Source: Candidatus Nezhaarchaeales archaeon
GTDB lineage: Archaea; Thermoproteota; Methanomethylicia; Nezhaarchaeales; WYZ-LMO8
DNA: 64,000 nucleotides
Reading direction: 5' to 3'
NCBI GenBank assembly: GCA_038887515.1
Contig: JAWAKK010000001.1
Location: forward strand, 67,518 to 131,517
Part shown: piece by piece, positions 19,289-29,228 of the stretch
How the letters are laid out: each line of letters opens with the position of its first letter
How positions within the stretch are numbered: position 1 is the first letter of the stretch
Position numbers and translations under genes: made by a program
Notes under the pieces: model-generated
Told to the model about the DNA's origin: nothing
What the model saw: the letters and a program-made list of their open reading frames with translations, nothing else
Database searches by the model: none

Positions 19289-20083
19289 CTACGAGCCAAA
19301 TCTCCTCTGTCGCTTCTGATAAGTTCTAATGGCCCTAAGCAAGTCTATATACCTGAATTCAGGCCAATACGCGTCGAGAAAGCAGAGCTCACTGTAAGCC
19401 GATTGCCAAAGCAGAAACCCACTCAACCTTTCTTCACCCGATGTCCTTATTATCAAATCTGGGTGAGGATTCGGAAGATGAGAAGTATACAAGAACCTCT
19501 CGAAAAGTTCTTCATTTATTTCTTCAGGCTTAACCTTTCCCTCAAGTACTAAACTTGTTAATTGCTTTATAGCATCTATTATTTCCGCCCTTCCACCGTA
19601 GGCTACCGCTATATTCAAGTAATAGTTCGAGTATTTCGCGGTAATTTCTTCAAGTTTGTAAAGAAGTTTTTGAATGTGGGACGGTAATAGCCAAATTCTT
19701 CCTAAGGCCTTGATCCTAACACCATTTCTCTGTATACGCTCATCGTTCAAAGCCCTTAACAATGTTTCCTCAACAACTTTCATTACTGCTTCAATTTCAT
19801 CGGATTTTCGTTTGAAGTTTTCAGTCGAAAATACATATATGGTTAAGGTCTTAATTCCAAGCCTTAAACACCAATCTAATAGTTTCTCGACGTTTTTAGC
19901 TCCAATTCTATAACCCTCCTCTAATGGTACCCTCCTTTTCTGTGACCAACGCCTGTTACCATCAAGTATAACTCCTATGTGCTGAGGTAAAGACCTATAG
20001 TTGGCCTTTACAGCTCTTTCAAGCCACTTTTCGTATAATTTGTAAACTCCTAGGTACCTTAAGACTCTTTCAAACCAGCTCAT
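19289..20083 (-). CDS. uppS: Cis-prenyltransferase (undecaprenyl / dolichyl-type diphosphate synthase).
   Basis: Carries the UPPS motifs HIGVILDGNRRW, ENFKR and RTSGEERLSGFLLWQ. Confidence 0.85.
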   Translation of the reverse strand: MSWFERVLRYLGVYKLYEKWLERAVKANYRSLPQHIGVILDGNRRWSQKRRVPLEEGYRIGAKNVEKLLDWCLRLGIKTLTIYVFSTENFKRKSDEIEAVMKVVEETLLRALNDERIQRNGVRIKALGRIWLLPSHIQKLLYKLEEITAKYSNYYLNIAVAYGGRAEIIDAIKQLTSLVLEGKVKPEEINEELFERFLYTSHLPNPHPDLIIRTSGEERLSGFLLWQSAYSELCFLDAYWPEFRYIDLLRAIRTYQKRQRRFGS

Positions 20084-20514
20084 TGGCTACGTCGCCTAGC
20101 CCTTCTCATGCTTACTTCTTTTAAGCTCTCCTTATTAAACGGTTTACCTGATTCAAGAATCTCCCGGGGAAACTTTTCAAGCCACTTTTTCATAAATTCA
20201 AGCTCTTCGTTTGGATCCATAATTCGTTGGTCGTCGGGTAACATGTGTGGAATCTCATCTATTATTGGATACCACCGTTGACAGCCTTCACATATGATGA
20301 GCCCTTCTACTACTTCCTTTGAGAAGCAGTCGAGACAGAGATCGTCTGTCGGCTTTACATCTTCAACTCGACCATTCTTTAGAGCACAGTAGAGAGGACA
20401 CTTTGATGGTAGTTCCTTCGGCTTTTCCCTTTCTTCAATTACAAACGTTATTAGCTTTAATGGGAATTTCTTACACATAGGACACGCGAGCAAGTCCATA
20501 AGTCTTAGCTTCAA
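20080..20514 (-). CDS. Trm112-like small zinc-binding protein of the DUF343 family.
   Basis: Has the paired motifs LLACPMCK and ICEGCQRWYPIIDEIPHML. It overlaps the uppS start by 4 nt. Confidence 0.55.
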   Translation of the reverse strand: MKLRLMDLLACPMCKKFPLKLITFVIEEREKPKELPSKCPLYCALKNGRVEDVKPTDDLCLDCFSKEVVEGLIICEGCQRWYPIIDEIPHMLPDDQRIMDPNEELEFMKKWLEKFPREILESGKPFNKESLKEVSMRRARRRSQ

Positions 20515-20583
20515 TCTTAACCCCCTCGTTACTCAGCTAGTCTTATTCAAATAAATAACCTTCTTCTACTATATACTCTCAAG

Positions 20584-21858
20584 GTGCTTGCGGTGGGCAT
20601 AACGACTCTATGCGTGTTCGAAGATGAGGGTTGGGAAGCCCTTCTTCCAATCACGTACACTAAAGCCGTTTACGAGCTTACATGCGGGTCAAAGACCCTA
20701 CTTAAAAGGGCTATTGAGACTTTAAATCCTCAAAAAGTCCTATTGATAGCTAGAGAATATCTTAGAGACAAATTGGCTGAAAGAACTACCTTCATAGTTA
20801 ACGAACCAGATGTAGAAGGTGAGGTTCTTTTCCTAAATGGAAGACTCCTCTTAGACCCTGAAGCTACCTCAATTATTCGTTCCATTAAGGTCGGAGAGGC
20901 TTTGTCATGTAAGGGCTCTCTCGCAGCTATGAAGCTTCGAGAAGGGGTAGCACGAGGAGTGATAGTAAACAAGATTTTTGAACCTAAACTCGTTAAATCG
21001 TTTGCAGAGGTAAGGGAAGTAAACTTAAGGTTCGTTAGGCACCCCTGGGATCTAGTAGAGCTTACGCCGAAACTCCTTGACGAAGTGTCGACATTGGGAG
21101 AGGGTTATGGAGGAGACGATATCAAAATTATCGGAGACCCTAAGATGCTAAGGGTTGCCGGTGAGCTTAATATTGAGGGTCTAGTGGTGGCGAATGTTAG
21201 GAAGGGGCCAATTTACATAGGAAGTGGCTGTCAAATAGAAGGCTATACCGTTATTAAGGGACCAACGTACATAGGTAACAATTGTGTAATTAAGAGTGCT
21301 TACATTGGGTCGGGGTGCTACATAGGTGATATGTGTAGAATAGGTGTTGGAAGCGAGTTGGAAGAGACGATAATTTCAGGCTTTACAAACAAGCAGCATT
21401 TAGGCTTCATAGCTCACTCGTATATAGGTGAGTGGGTGAACATAGGAGCCGGGACAAACGTCTCTGACTTAAAGAATACCTACGGTACCGTAAGAGTCTA
21501 CATAGGCGATTCAAAAATCGATACAGGCCTTATAAAGCTTGGATGTTTTATGGGCGATTACGTAAAGACAAGCATAGGAACGCAGATGTATTCGGGTAAA
21601 AAGATAGGCCCCTTCTCGCACGTACATGGCTTCATATACGATGATGTACCTCCCTTTACAATATGGGCTAAGAGCCTAGGCTTTGAACCCGTCGAGCTAA
21701 GGCTTGAATCTGCAATAGAAACTCAGAAAAGGATGTACGAGAGGAGGGGCTTCTCGCAAACAAAGGCCGATATAGAGCTTATAAAAAAACTTTTTGAATT
21801 AACAGCAAAAGAAAGAGCTAAAAGTGGAGTTAATAAAGAGCCTTTTAAACTAGGCTAA
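20584..21858 (+). CDS. Protein with a nucleotidyltransferase-like N-terminal domain followed by a left-handed beta-helix hexapeptide-repeat domain, resembling GlmU or eIF2B-epsilon.
   Basis: The C-terminal half is built from long [LIV]-G-x-x-x-x-I hexapeptide repeats. The N-terminal domain resembles an NTP-transferase fold but lacks a clear GxGxR motif. Confidence 0.5.
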   Translation: MLAVGITTLCVFEDEGWEALLPITYTKAVYELTCGSKTLLKRAIETLNPQKVLLIAREYLRDKLAERTTFIVNEPDVEGEVLFLNGRLLLDPEATSIIRSIKVGEALSCKGSLAAMKLREGVARGVIVNKIFEPKLVKSFAEVREVNLRFVRHPWDLVELTPKLLDEVSTLGEGYGGDDIKIIGDPKMLRVAGELNIEGLVVANVRKGPIYIGSGCQIEGYTVIKGPTYIGNNCVIKSAYIGSGCYIGDMCRIGVGSELEETIISGFTNKQHLGFIAHSYIGEWVNIGAGTNVSDLKNTYGTVRVYIGDSKIDTGLIKLGCFMGDYVKTSIGTQMYSGKKIGPFSHVHGFIYDDVPPFTIWAKSLGFEPVELRLESAIETQKRMYERRGFSQTKADIELIKKLFELTAKERAKSGVNKEPFKLG

Positions 21859-22116
21859 AGTGGTCATCAATAAAACTTCTTACTAATAAACGTAATTAAA
21901 CGAGTTAACAATTTATGTTATCATACATTCTCCAGTATTGAACTAAAGTTGGCAGGAGCATTTCTTAGGCAACTTAAGTTTATAGAGCGTTTAAAATAAA
22001 CCCTTTAGTAGAGGTATAATGACTTTCGATTCATACAGTCTTTTTCTGCGAAGCCTATCATAGACTTGTGATAAAGCTTAAAAAAGGTACCCCCCAAACT
22101 ATAGGGGAGAATTTCC

Positions 22117-23976
22117 ATGCCGCCCAAATTTTACGGTTACACTGGGAAAATTTTATGGATAAATCTATCAAAACGAGAATTTAAGAAACTTGACCTCGAC
22201 GAGAATCTGGCGAGGAACTACATAGGGGCTAGAGGGTTCGGCATTAAGATTTTATGGGATCACTTAAAACCAGGCATAGACCCTTTTGCTCCTGAAAATA
22301 AGTTTATAATTACGTTGGGACCATTAGCTTGTACCGGCGTACAGGCTGCTAGTAGGTCCTTTGCGGCCTTCAAGTCTCCATTAACTAACACGTATTTTAG
22401 ATGTACTGCTGGTGGTTCCGCAGGTGCTGAGATAAAATTGGCTGGCTATGATGTAGTCGTAGTCGATGGCAGAGCAGAAAAACCAACTTACGTCTACATT
22501 AATAATGATAGAGTGGAGTTCCGCGATGCTTCCCACGTATGGGGATTGACGACGGATTTAGCTGTCGAGTACTTAAGAGATGAAACGGACAAGAGTGCGG
22601 GCATCTTTGTTATAGGTCCTGCTGGAGAAAGATTGGTAAGGTTTGCATGCATTCAAACTCACGATCAAAGAAGCTTCGGGAGGGGTGGCGGAGGCGCCGT
22701 CTGGGGTGCCAAGAACTTAAAGGCAATAGTTGTCAAGGGAAGCAAGAGGCCGGAGATCTATGATGAGGAAAAGTTCCGCTCCCTCCTCAAAGAGGAGCTA
22801 GAGATCTTTAAATCCCATCCGTTTGTGCGAGCTTTTCACGGCTTAGGGACTGCTGGAGTAACGTATTTGTTCTATACTTTGGGACACTTCCCAACTTATA
22901 ATTTTAAGCAGCTCGAATTACCAAATGTAGAGAGGTTTAAGCCTGAGGTTCTCGAGAAGTACGTCATAAAGCGCAAAGGTTGCTATGGATGCATGATAGC
23001 TTGTTGGCAATACATGAAAGTAGACAGGGGACCCTTTGCTGGAGTAGCGTGGGATAAGCCTGAATATGAAACTTTGTGGTCATTTGGAGGCAACCTAGGT
23101 ATAACGAACTTAGAGGGAATAATAGTAGCTAACATGTTATGTGATAAGTATGGCATTGATACCATGTCGGCGGGCTCTGTAATAGGTTTCGTTTACGAAC
23201 TTTACGAAAAGGGCATTCTAAGTAAGAGCGAACTTGACGGGTTGGAACCGAAGTGGGGAGACATAGAGCCAGCGCTTGAGCTCGTTAGGAAAATTGCGTT
23301 GAGGGAAGGCGTTGGAAACTTACTTGCCGAAGGCGTTAAGAGAGCAGCAGAAATTATTGGTAGGGGGGCCGAGAGATTCGCCTTTCACATTAAAGGCCTG
23401 GAAATGCCAGGGTACGACCCTCGGGCGGCAAAGGCACACGGATTAAACCTCTCCACATCGAATATAGGTGCTAGCCACATGATTGGATGGAACTACTTTG
23501 AGATCTTTGGAGTACCGAAGAAAGTAGATCCGTTCGCTGTTGAGGGTAAGGGTGAATTATGTAAGTACGTACAAGACGAAGCTGCTTTACTGGACTCCGT
23601 AGGTTTATGTCAGTTCCCTGCTTCAAATGGTCTGCCGCCTTTAGAATTACTGGCTAAGTTATTGTACGCTGCTACTGGAATCGAAGAATTCAAAGACGCC
23701 AAGTATCTGCTCCTTGTTGGAGAAAGGGTATATAACCTCGAAAGAGCCTTCAACGTTAGAGAAGGATTTGAAAGAGAACACGATACGATGCCTGAAAGGA
23801 TAGTTTACGAAAAAGTCCCCAGACCACCAGCTATGGGCCAAATTTTCGAGTTGGATAGGTTACTAGAAGATTACTATAGAGCCCGCGGATGGAGTACTAA
23901 GACAGGTAAGCCGTCTAAGAAGAAGCTGGAGGAGCTTGGACTCTCGGAGGTTGCTGATACCATAGGGGCAGAGTGA
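22117..23976 (+). CDS. Tungsten-containing aldehyde:ferredoxin oxidoreductase, AOR family (paralog 2).
   Basis: Has the AOR N-terminal domain (GKILWINLSKRE...GARGFGIKILWDHL...LGPLAC) and a full-length 619-aa AOR architecture. Confidence 0.85.
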   Translation: MPPKFYGYTGKILWINLSKREFKKLDLDENLARNYIGARGFGIKILWDHLKPGIDPFAPENKFIITLGPLACTGVQAASRSFAAFKSPLTNTYFRCTAGGSAGAEIKLAGYDVVVVDGRAEKPTYVYINNDRVEFRDASHVWGLTTDLAVEYLRDETDKSAGIFVIGPAGERLVRFACIQTHDQRSFGRGGGGAVWGAKNLKAIVVKGSKRPEIYDEEKFRSLLKEELEIFKSHPFVRAFHGLGTAGVTYLFYTLGHFPTYNFKQLELPNVERFKPEVLEKYVIKRKGCYGCMIACWQYMKVDRGPFAGVAWDKPEYETLWSFGGNLGITNLEGIIVANMLCDKYGIDTMSAGSVIGFVYELYEKGILSKSELDGLEPKWGDIEPALELVRKIALREGVGNLLAEGVKRAAEIIGRGAERFAFHIKGLEMPGYDPRAAKAHGLNLSTSNIGASHMIGWNYFEIFGVPKKVDPFAVEGKGELCKYVQDEAALLDSVGLCQFPASNGLPPLELLAKLLYAATGIEEFKDAKYLLLVGERVYNLERAFNVREGFEREHDTMPERIVYEKVPRPPAMGQIFELDRLLEDYYRARGWSTKTGKPSKKKLEELGLSEVADTIGAE

Positions 23977-24254
23977 ATAATGTCATGCGAGTGTTGGTAG
24001 AATTCTTGGGAGAGGTGCGAAGATTAACCGGTAGGTCTATTGCTTGGATAGAGTTGCCTGAAGAAGCTTCTTTACATACACTTTTTTATAAAATATCGGA
24101 TCTCTTTGGAAAAGATGTTTATGAATCTATGGTTCACAAATTTTTCGAAAAGCAACTTTTCGTATTTGTGAATGGAATTTCGGTGGGTGGGCTTGAACAC
24201 AAGCTTAAAAACATGGATAGAGTTCTCTTTACAACGTTAGCTTACGGGGGATAA
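23973..24254 (+). CDS. MoaD/ThiS-like ubiquitin-fold protein ending in a C-terminal GlyGly.
   Basis: The product ends ...FTTLAYGG and has a beta-grasp-like size of about 90 aa. Its GTG start overlaps the AOR stop (GTGA). An ATG at 23985 is an alternative start. Confidence 0.55.
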   Translation: MNNVMRVLVEFLGEVRRLTGRSIAWIELPEEASLHTLFYKISDLFGKDVYESMVHKFFEKQLFVFVNGISVGGLEHKLKNMDRVLFTTLAYGG

Positions 24255-24321
24255 AGACCTCTGTCTCGAGGCTTTGTACGAAAGGTTATTACAGCCTTTG
24301 CCAAGAGTTTTTGATTGAAAC

Positions 24322-24585
24322 TCATAGTTCTTCTTCGTTTGCGTCATAGTCCTTGCACTTAACGACATTAAGGACATCGTATATTATTCCCTTCGTCACC
24401 ATCTCTTCATAGGTTCTCCAAACCCGCTTAATTGTGAGATATGATGTTTTGAAACCTTCGGCTTCGAGTTTAGCTTTAACCTTATCGTAAAAGCTCTCTG
24501 GTTTAACGTAGCTCTCATCTGCTAGAACCTTCATTATCGTCCTAATTACGTCGGAAGTATGAGGATATCCTTTTTTCCTCTTCAT
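24322..24585 (-). CDS. Small hypothetical protein, co-transcribed with the radical-SAM gene.
   Basis: 87-aa ORF whose start lies within 4 nt of the upstream radical-SAM gene. It contains no motif I recognise. Confidence 0.35.
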   Translation of the reverse strand: MKRKKGYPHTSDVIRTIMKVLADESYVKPESFYDKVKAKLEAEGFKTSYLTIKRVWRTYEEMVTKGIIYDVLNVVKCKDYDANEEEL

Positions 24586-25352
24586 ATTAATTCCTCCGGA
24601 ATCCTATTTGGATCATAAGATATTTTGGGCTTTACACCGCTCTTCGTAAGTCTTTTAATTACATGAGGATACATGAAGACGTATTCTTCTTCAATTTCGT
24701 TAGCTATCCTGACGTCTATCTCTAAGAGTTTTTCCCTTATCTTGTTGTAGCCTTCTCTATCGCTAAATGAGAGCATTACGGCTGGGTGGCAGGACACCCC
24801 GTAATCTAAAAGGTTCTTTAAAGCTCGAAGTTGCAAATTGAACTGCTCTGGTAATGCTCCGGTTAACAGCGAAAACTCTTCTTCACTGGTACCCTTAATG
24901 GATACCCTCACGCGCACCTTATTGAACTTTGAGAGCGCGTGCGCATAGCTTTTATCGCTTCCTATGAGTATACCATTGGTCTCAAGTATGAAGTTTAAGT
25001 GTCCGTCAGCTTCGACGAGTTCTATTACTTTTAATAGGTGCTCTTTGCCTATCGTTGGCTCATTACCACTTATCCTTATTTGGCGATAGCCATGCTTTAA
25101 AGCGCAGTCCTTAAGTGCGTTGTAGACCTCTTCGGGAGTATAGAACTTTCCTATTTGTTCTGGAAAGTCTCGGGGAGCTCCACTCCAACAAAAAATACAC
25201 CTTAAATTACATCCACAACAGTCTGCAGTCGCTATCCCATCATACCACTTACCGCCTCTTGCGATTCTATAATATTTCCTGCTTATACCTTTAATAACGA
25301 TCTTTTCGATAGCCTCCGACATCCTTAATGCGTCAAAAGGCATTACTACCAA
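24582..25352 (-). CDS. Radical SAM enzyme of the small activase-like type, related to QueE, NrdG or PflA.
   Basis: The motif CGCNLRCIFC (Cx3Cx2C) is present. At 256 aa the protein is in the size range of the small radical-SAM activases. Confidence 0.65.
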   Translation of the reverse strand: MVVMPFDALRMSEAIEKIVIKGISRKYYRIARGGKWYDGIATADCCGCNLRCIFCWSGAPRDFPEQIGKFYTPEEVYNALKDCALKHGYRQIRISGNEPTIGKEHLLKVIELVEADGHLNFILETNGILIGSDKSYAHALSKFNKVRVRVSIKGTSEEEFSLLTGALPEQFNLQLRALKNLLDYGVSCHPAVMLSFSDREGYNKIREKLLEIDVRIANEIEEEYVFMYPHVIKRLTKSGVKPKISYDPNRIPEELI

Positions 25353-25377
25353 GCTTAGTAATATAAGAGGGGTAGTT

Positions 25378-26391
25378 ATGAAGCTTGTGAAGTTACGATT
25401 TAAAAGTGGCGACGTAAAGAGTTATAATCTTGACCTTACACTTAAACCATCGTTCGTTTCATCGCTCTACGATAAGGAAGATTTGTTTTATTGGGTTAAA
25501 CGAGTAGGTCTATATGCTAACTTATTATCTCTTAGGCAGAGAAATGATTCGTTGGAGGCCTACATAAAATACGAAGTTGACGACAGAATTCGTGAAGTAA
25601 TCCTTCACGAGTCAGGGCTATGGGACGAAAGCCCAGCGTCGAGAATCTCTAAGCTAAATGCTCCGTTGAAGGAGCATATCAAAGCTCTTACAGAAGTCTT
25701 TCCTGGAGTTAGGCTCTCAATAGCCCCTCACGATTTTGATTGTATACTTGTAGCTTCTATCCTTTCACGAAGGACGAACTACGAAGTCTTCGTACGTAAA
25801 TGGGTCAAAAATATTTGGGACTTGTGGCGTTGCGACCTAAAATTGATAGCCAACCTCTCGCCTAGCGACATTAAGAATGTTGGCACAAGCTATCAATTAT
25901 TGAACCTAATTAAGACACTAAGGGATTACGTGAATATGAGCTATAGGAGAGATAAGATAGAGGATGTTAGAAGAGCGTTGATGCTATGTTGGGGGGTAGG
26001 ACCTAAAATCGCTGATGCAGTTCTCCTTTTTACAACGAAATCTTCTTGGATAGTTCCATGCGATACTCATCTGTGGAGGGTTTCCAGAAGGCTAGGATGG
26101 GCAAGTCAAGAAGATAGGCTACCGACTAAAACCCTATGCTTAAGCTACTACTGCGATGAATGTGTAGACAAGTACGGGCCATGCTTAAGGGAGACCATTA
26201 AGAGTCTATTTCCGGATTTCGGGGGATGGATTCAGACACTCGCTTACCTTTTCGGGTCGTCGATATGCCTAAGTCGTAAACCAAAATGTTACCTATGCCA
26301 TCCAACATTAAAAGAATGCTGTGAAATGATAGAAACGCGAAACAAGCTATCCCTACTGAAAACTGGAGCCCAAGTCGGTTTAAAAACATAG
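25378..26391 (+). CDS. DNA glycosylase/lyase of the HhH-GPD family, Ogg-like.
   Basis: Has the helix-hairpin-helix segment with lysine (LCWGVGPKIADAVLLF) followed by the catalytic aspartate in VPCDTHLWRV. Confidence 0.6.
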   Translation: MKLVKLRFKSGDVKSYNLDLTLKPSFVSSLYDKEDLFYWVKRVGLYANLLSLRQRNDSLEAYIKYEVDDRIREVILHESGLWDESPASRISKLNAPLKEHIKALTEVFPGVRLSIAPHDFDCILVASILSRRTNYEVFVRKWVKNIWDLWRCDLKLIANLSPSDIKNVGTSYQLLNLIKTLRDYVNMSYRRDKIEDVRRALMLCWGVGPKIADAVLLFTTKSSWIVPCDTHLWRVSRRLGWASQEDRLPTKTLCLSYYCDECVDKYGPCLRETIKSLFPDFGGWIQTLAYLFGSSICLSRKPKCYLCHPTLKECCEMIETRNKLSLLKTGAQVGLKT

Positions 26392-26639
26392 TAGCATAAC
26401 TAGAAAATAACCGTTCCGAAGTCTAATCGTCCATGCATCTAAGCTAACCTGAGACGAATAAGTTTAAGGTAAGGCCGGCGCAGACTTACTTGGACTAAGC
26501 AAAAACACTTCTCTCAGACATCAAGATAGGCATCGGTCTTAAATATCAAAGTAGAGTTTAAGAGGTTGTACGGCAACTTAAATCTAGCAAGCTGTTTAAT
26601 AATTTCCCGAAATTTACTGGCTTTAAGGCCGCATAATGC

Positions 26640-28115
26640 TTGGGGTGGAGGAAATTGTCGTCGAAGGGGATTCCACTTAGGCAAATAGACGAGTACACTT
26701 GGGAGGTCCCTAAGGATTACAAGCCTGGCATGAGAGTCCCAGCTAGAATATACGCTGACAAGGTATTACTGAATAAAATGCTTGAAGATCTAACAATAGC
26801 ACAAGCAGTCAACGTGGCTCACCTACCAGGAATATATAAGTGGTCCATAACTTTACCGGATGGACATCAAGGTTATGGTTTCCCTATAGGAGGGGTGGCA
26901 GCTCTCGACGCAGAAGAGGGCGTTATAAGTCCAGGTGGAATAGGCTACGATATAAACTGCGGCGTTAGGGTATTGACCACAAACCTGATGTATAAGGACG
27001 TAAAACCTGTTCTAGAGGACCTTATAACGACAATCTTTAACTTAGTACCTTCGGGCCTAGGCTCAACGACGAAGGCCGTCAAATTGACGAGAGGCGAGCT
27101 CGACGAAGTTCTGGCAGAGGGAGTAAGGTGGGCTCTAAGACACGGCTATGGCTGGGAAGTGGACGCTGAGTTCTGTGAAGAAGAAGGATGTATGAAGTCG
27201 GCAGACCCCTCGAAAGTTTCCTCTAGAGCTAAAGATAGAGGGTTTGACCAATTAGGGACTTTAGGAAGTGGTAACCACTTCCTTGAGGTACAAGTGGTGG
27301 ACAAAATCTTTGATGAGGAAGTTGCAAAGACCTTTGGAATCTACGAAGAGGGCCAAGTAACTGTAATGATACATACTGGAAGCAGGGGTCTGGGACATCA
27401 AGTGTGTAGTGACTACCTTCGAGTTATGGAGATGGCGGTCAAGAAGTACAGAATATCAATACCGGACCGTGAACTTGTATGTGCTCCAGCAACTTCTAAG
27501 GAAGCCGAAGAATACTTTGCAGCCATGTCAGCGGCGGCAAACTTTGCTTGGTGCAATAGGCAGATGATAACTCATTGGGTTAGGGAAGCGTTTAAGAAAA
27601 CATTCAAGCGAGGTGCTGAGGAGTTAGGGTTAAACTTAGTGTATGATGTAGCCCACAACATCTGCAAAATCGAAGAACACCTAGTCGACGGCACTAAAAA
27701 GAAGGTCTTCGTACACAGAAAGGGAGCTACTCGAGCCTTTCCTCCTAACCATCCAGAAATACCATCTAAATACAGGTCGGTCGGACAACCGGTATTAATC
27801 CCGGGCTCTATGGGCACTAGCTCGTGGATACTTGTCGGCAACCCTAAGGCTATGCAAATAACCTTTGGTTCAACGGCTCACGGAGCTGGCAGAATGATGT
27901 CAAGAGAAGAAGCCTTGAGGACTGTTAAGGGGTCTGAAGTCAAGTCCGAGCTGGAGCATAAAGGTATTGCGGTTAGAGCTGCCAGTATAAGGGTACTAGC
28001 CGAGGAATGGGATAGAGCATACAAGGATGTCGACAGAGTCGCCGAAGTAAGTCATAGGGTAGGTATAGTAACGAAAGTGGCTAGACTTAGACCGATTGCT
28101 GTCGCAAAAGGTTAA
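26640..28115 (+). CDS. rtcB: RNA-splicing ligase RtcB.
   Basis: Shows strong RtcB identity: HLPGIYKWSITLPDGHQGYGFPIGGVAA...GGIGYDINCGVRV and a GSRGLGHQV motif. The start codon is TTG. Confidence 0.9.
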   Translation: MGWRKLSSKGIPLRQIDEYTWEVPKDYKPGMRVPARIYADKVLLNKMLEDLTIAQAVNVAHLPGIYKWSITLPDGHQGYGFPIGGVAALDAEEGVISPGGIGYDINCGVRVLTTNLMYKDVKPVLEDLITTIFNLVPSGLGSTTKAVKLTRGELDEVLAEGVRWALRHGYGWEVDAEFCEEEGCMKSADPSKVSSRAKDRGFDQLGTLGSGNHFLEVQVVDKIFDEEVAKTFGIYEEGQVTVMIHTGSRGLGHQVCSDYLRVMEMAVKKYRISIPDRELVCAPATSKEAEEYFAAMSAAANFAWCNRQMITHWVREAFKKTFKRGAEELGLNLVYDVAHNICKIEEHLVDGTKKKVFVHRKGATRAFPPNHPEIPSKYRSVGQPVLIPGSMGTSSWILVGNPKAMQITFGSTAHGAGRMMSREEALRTVKGSEVKSELEHKGIAVRAASIRVLAEEWDRAYKDVDRVAEVSHRVGIVTKVARLRPIAVAKG

Positions 28116-28123
28116 CCCATCAG

Positions 28124-28984
28124 CTACCTCTTTGCAAGGTCGACAGCATATTCAACAATCTTTCTAGCTATATCAACGCCAGTGGCTGGGGCAGCATTCC
28201 TAAACTCAGTTACACTATTTAGTTCATGAACTAATAGACCTCTCTCGCTCTCCAGACAGTCAACGCCTACTACGTGTGCCCCCACAGCTTTAGCAGCTTT
28301 TACGCTGAGCTCTCTAAGCTCATCACTAATCTCCAGTTTAACGGCTCTACCTCCAAGAGCTGTATTTGACCTCCATTCGCCAGGAGCAGCATAACGGTAT
28401 ATGGCTGCTATTGCTTCATCGCCTACGACGAAGCACCTAATATCCCTATTAGGCTTCTTAATATATTCTTGAACGTAAAATACCTGGTATAAGGGATACA
28501 AGAGCTCTCGGTGTTCAATTACTACTTTTGCCGTCTCTACGTCCTTAACTAGTGATACAAGTCTTCCCCAGCTACCAACTACAGGTTTTAGGATTGCTGG
28601 ATAGCCTAATACGTCTAGTGCTTTTAGGGCACCGTCGCGGGTGAAGGCAACAAAGGTTTTTGGTGTCGGAATACCGGCTTTCGTTAACGCTAACGATGTT
28701 AAAAGCTTATCGCCACATATAAACGTTGTAGAGAACGGATTTATGACAGGTACCCCAGTATTTTCGATAATTGCAGTCAGGTATAGGCTCCTGTAATGTC
28801 CAACGCACCTCTGAATAACTACATCTCCTTTAAGAACTTCGGGGTTTACATCGCCCTTCGTTATGTCTATGAAGGAGTCCTTTATGTCTACTAGGCTAAC
28901 TTCTACTCCTAAATCTTCTCCAGCTCTTTGTAGAGCCTTCTCTTCAGCTCTGATCCTATCGTACGTTATCACTATCTTTACCAA
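28124..28984 (-). CDS. lysX: RimK-family ATP-grasp ligase, assigned as LysX (alpha-aminoadipate--LysW ligase) because it lies next to lysW.
   Basis: The product has an ATP-grasp fold. The gene lies immediately downstream of the small lysW gene. Confidence 0.7.
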   Translation of the reverse strand: MVKIVITYDRIRAEEKALQRAGEDLGVEVSLVDIKDSFIDITKGDVNPEVLKGDVVIQRCVGHYRSLYLTAIIENTGVPVINPFSTTFICGDKLLTSLALTKAGIPTPKTFVAFTRDGALKALDVLGYPAILKPVVGSWGRLVSLVKDVETAKVVIEHRELLYPLYQVFYVQEYIKKPNRDIRCFVVGDEAIAAIYRYAAPGEWRSNTALGGRAVKLEISDELRELSVKAAKAVGAHVVGVDCLESERGLLVHELNSVTEFRNAAPATGVDIARKIVEYAVDLAKR

Positions 28985-28988
28985 GCTT

Positions 28989-29159
28989 TTACTCTCCCCA
29001 ATCTTCCTTCACTGTCTCCGCTTGCTTTAACTTAAGCTGCCCATTTTCGAAGTAGACCTCGTATTCTTGTCCGCAATCAGGGCAACTCACTATCTCTCCA
29101 CTTATTGCATCGTCTGGAACGTTAATTTCACCTTCACAATCTGGACATTTAAGCTTCAT
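28989..29159 (-). CDS. lysW: LysW amino-group carrier protein (56 aa). It is absent from the ORF track.
   Basis: My own translation gives MKLKCPDCEGEINVPDDAISGEIVSCPDCGQEYEVYFENGQLKLKQAETVKEDWGE. The product has an N-terminal zinc ribbon and the diagnostic C-terminal EDWGE tail. Confidence 0.75.
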   Translation of the reverse strand: MKLKCPDCEGEINVPDDAISGEIVSCPDCGQEYEVYFENGQLKLKQAETVKEDWGE

Positions 29160-29228
29160 TTAGACCTTAACCCCCATTATAAGCGAAGCATAACTTTAAG
29201 CTTTAGGCTTATTAAAATTTCTCCCAGA

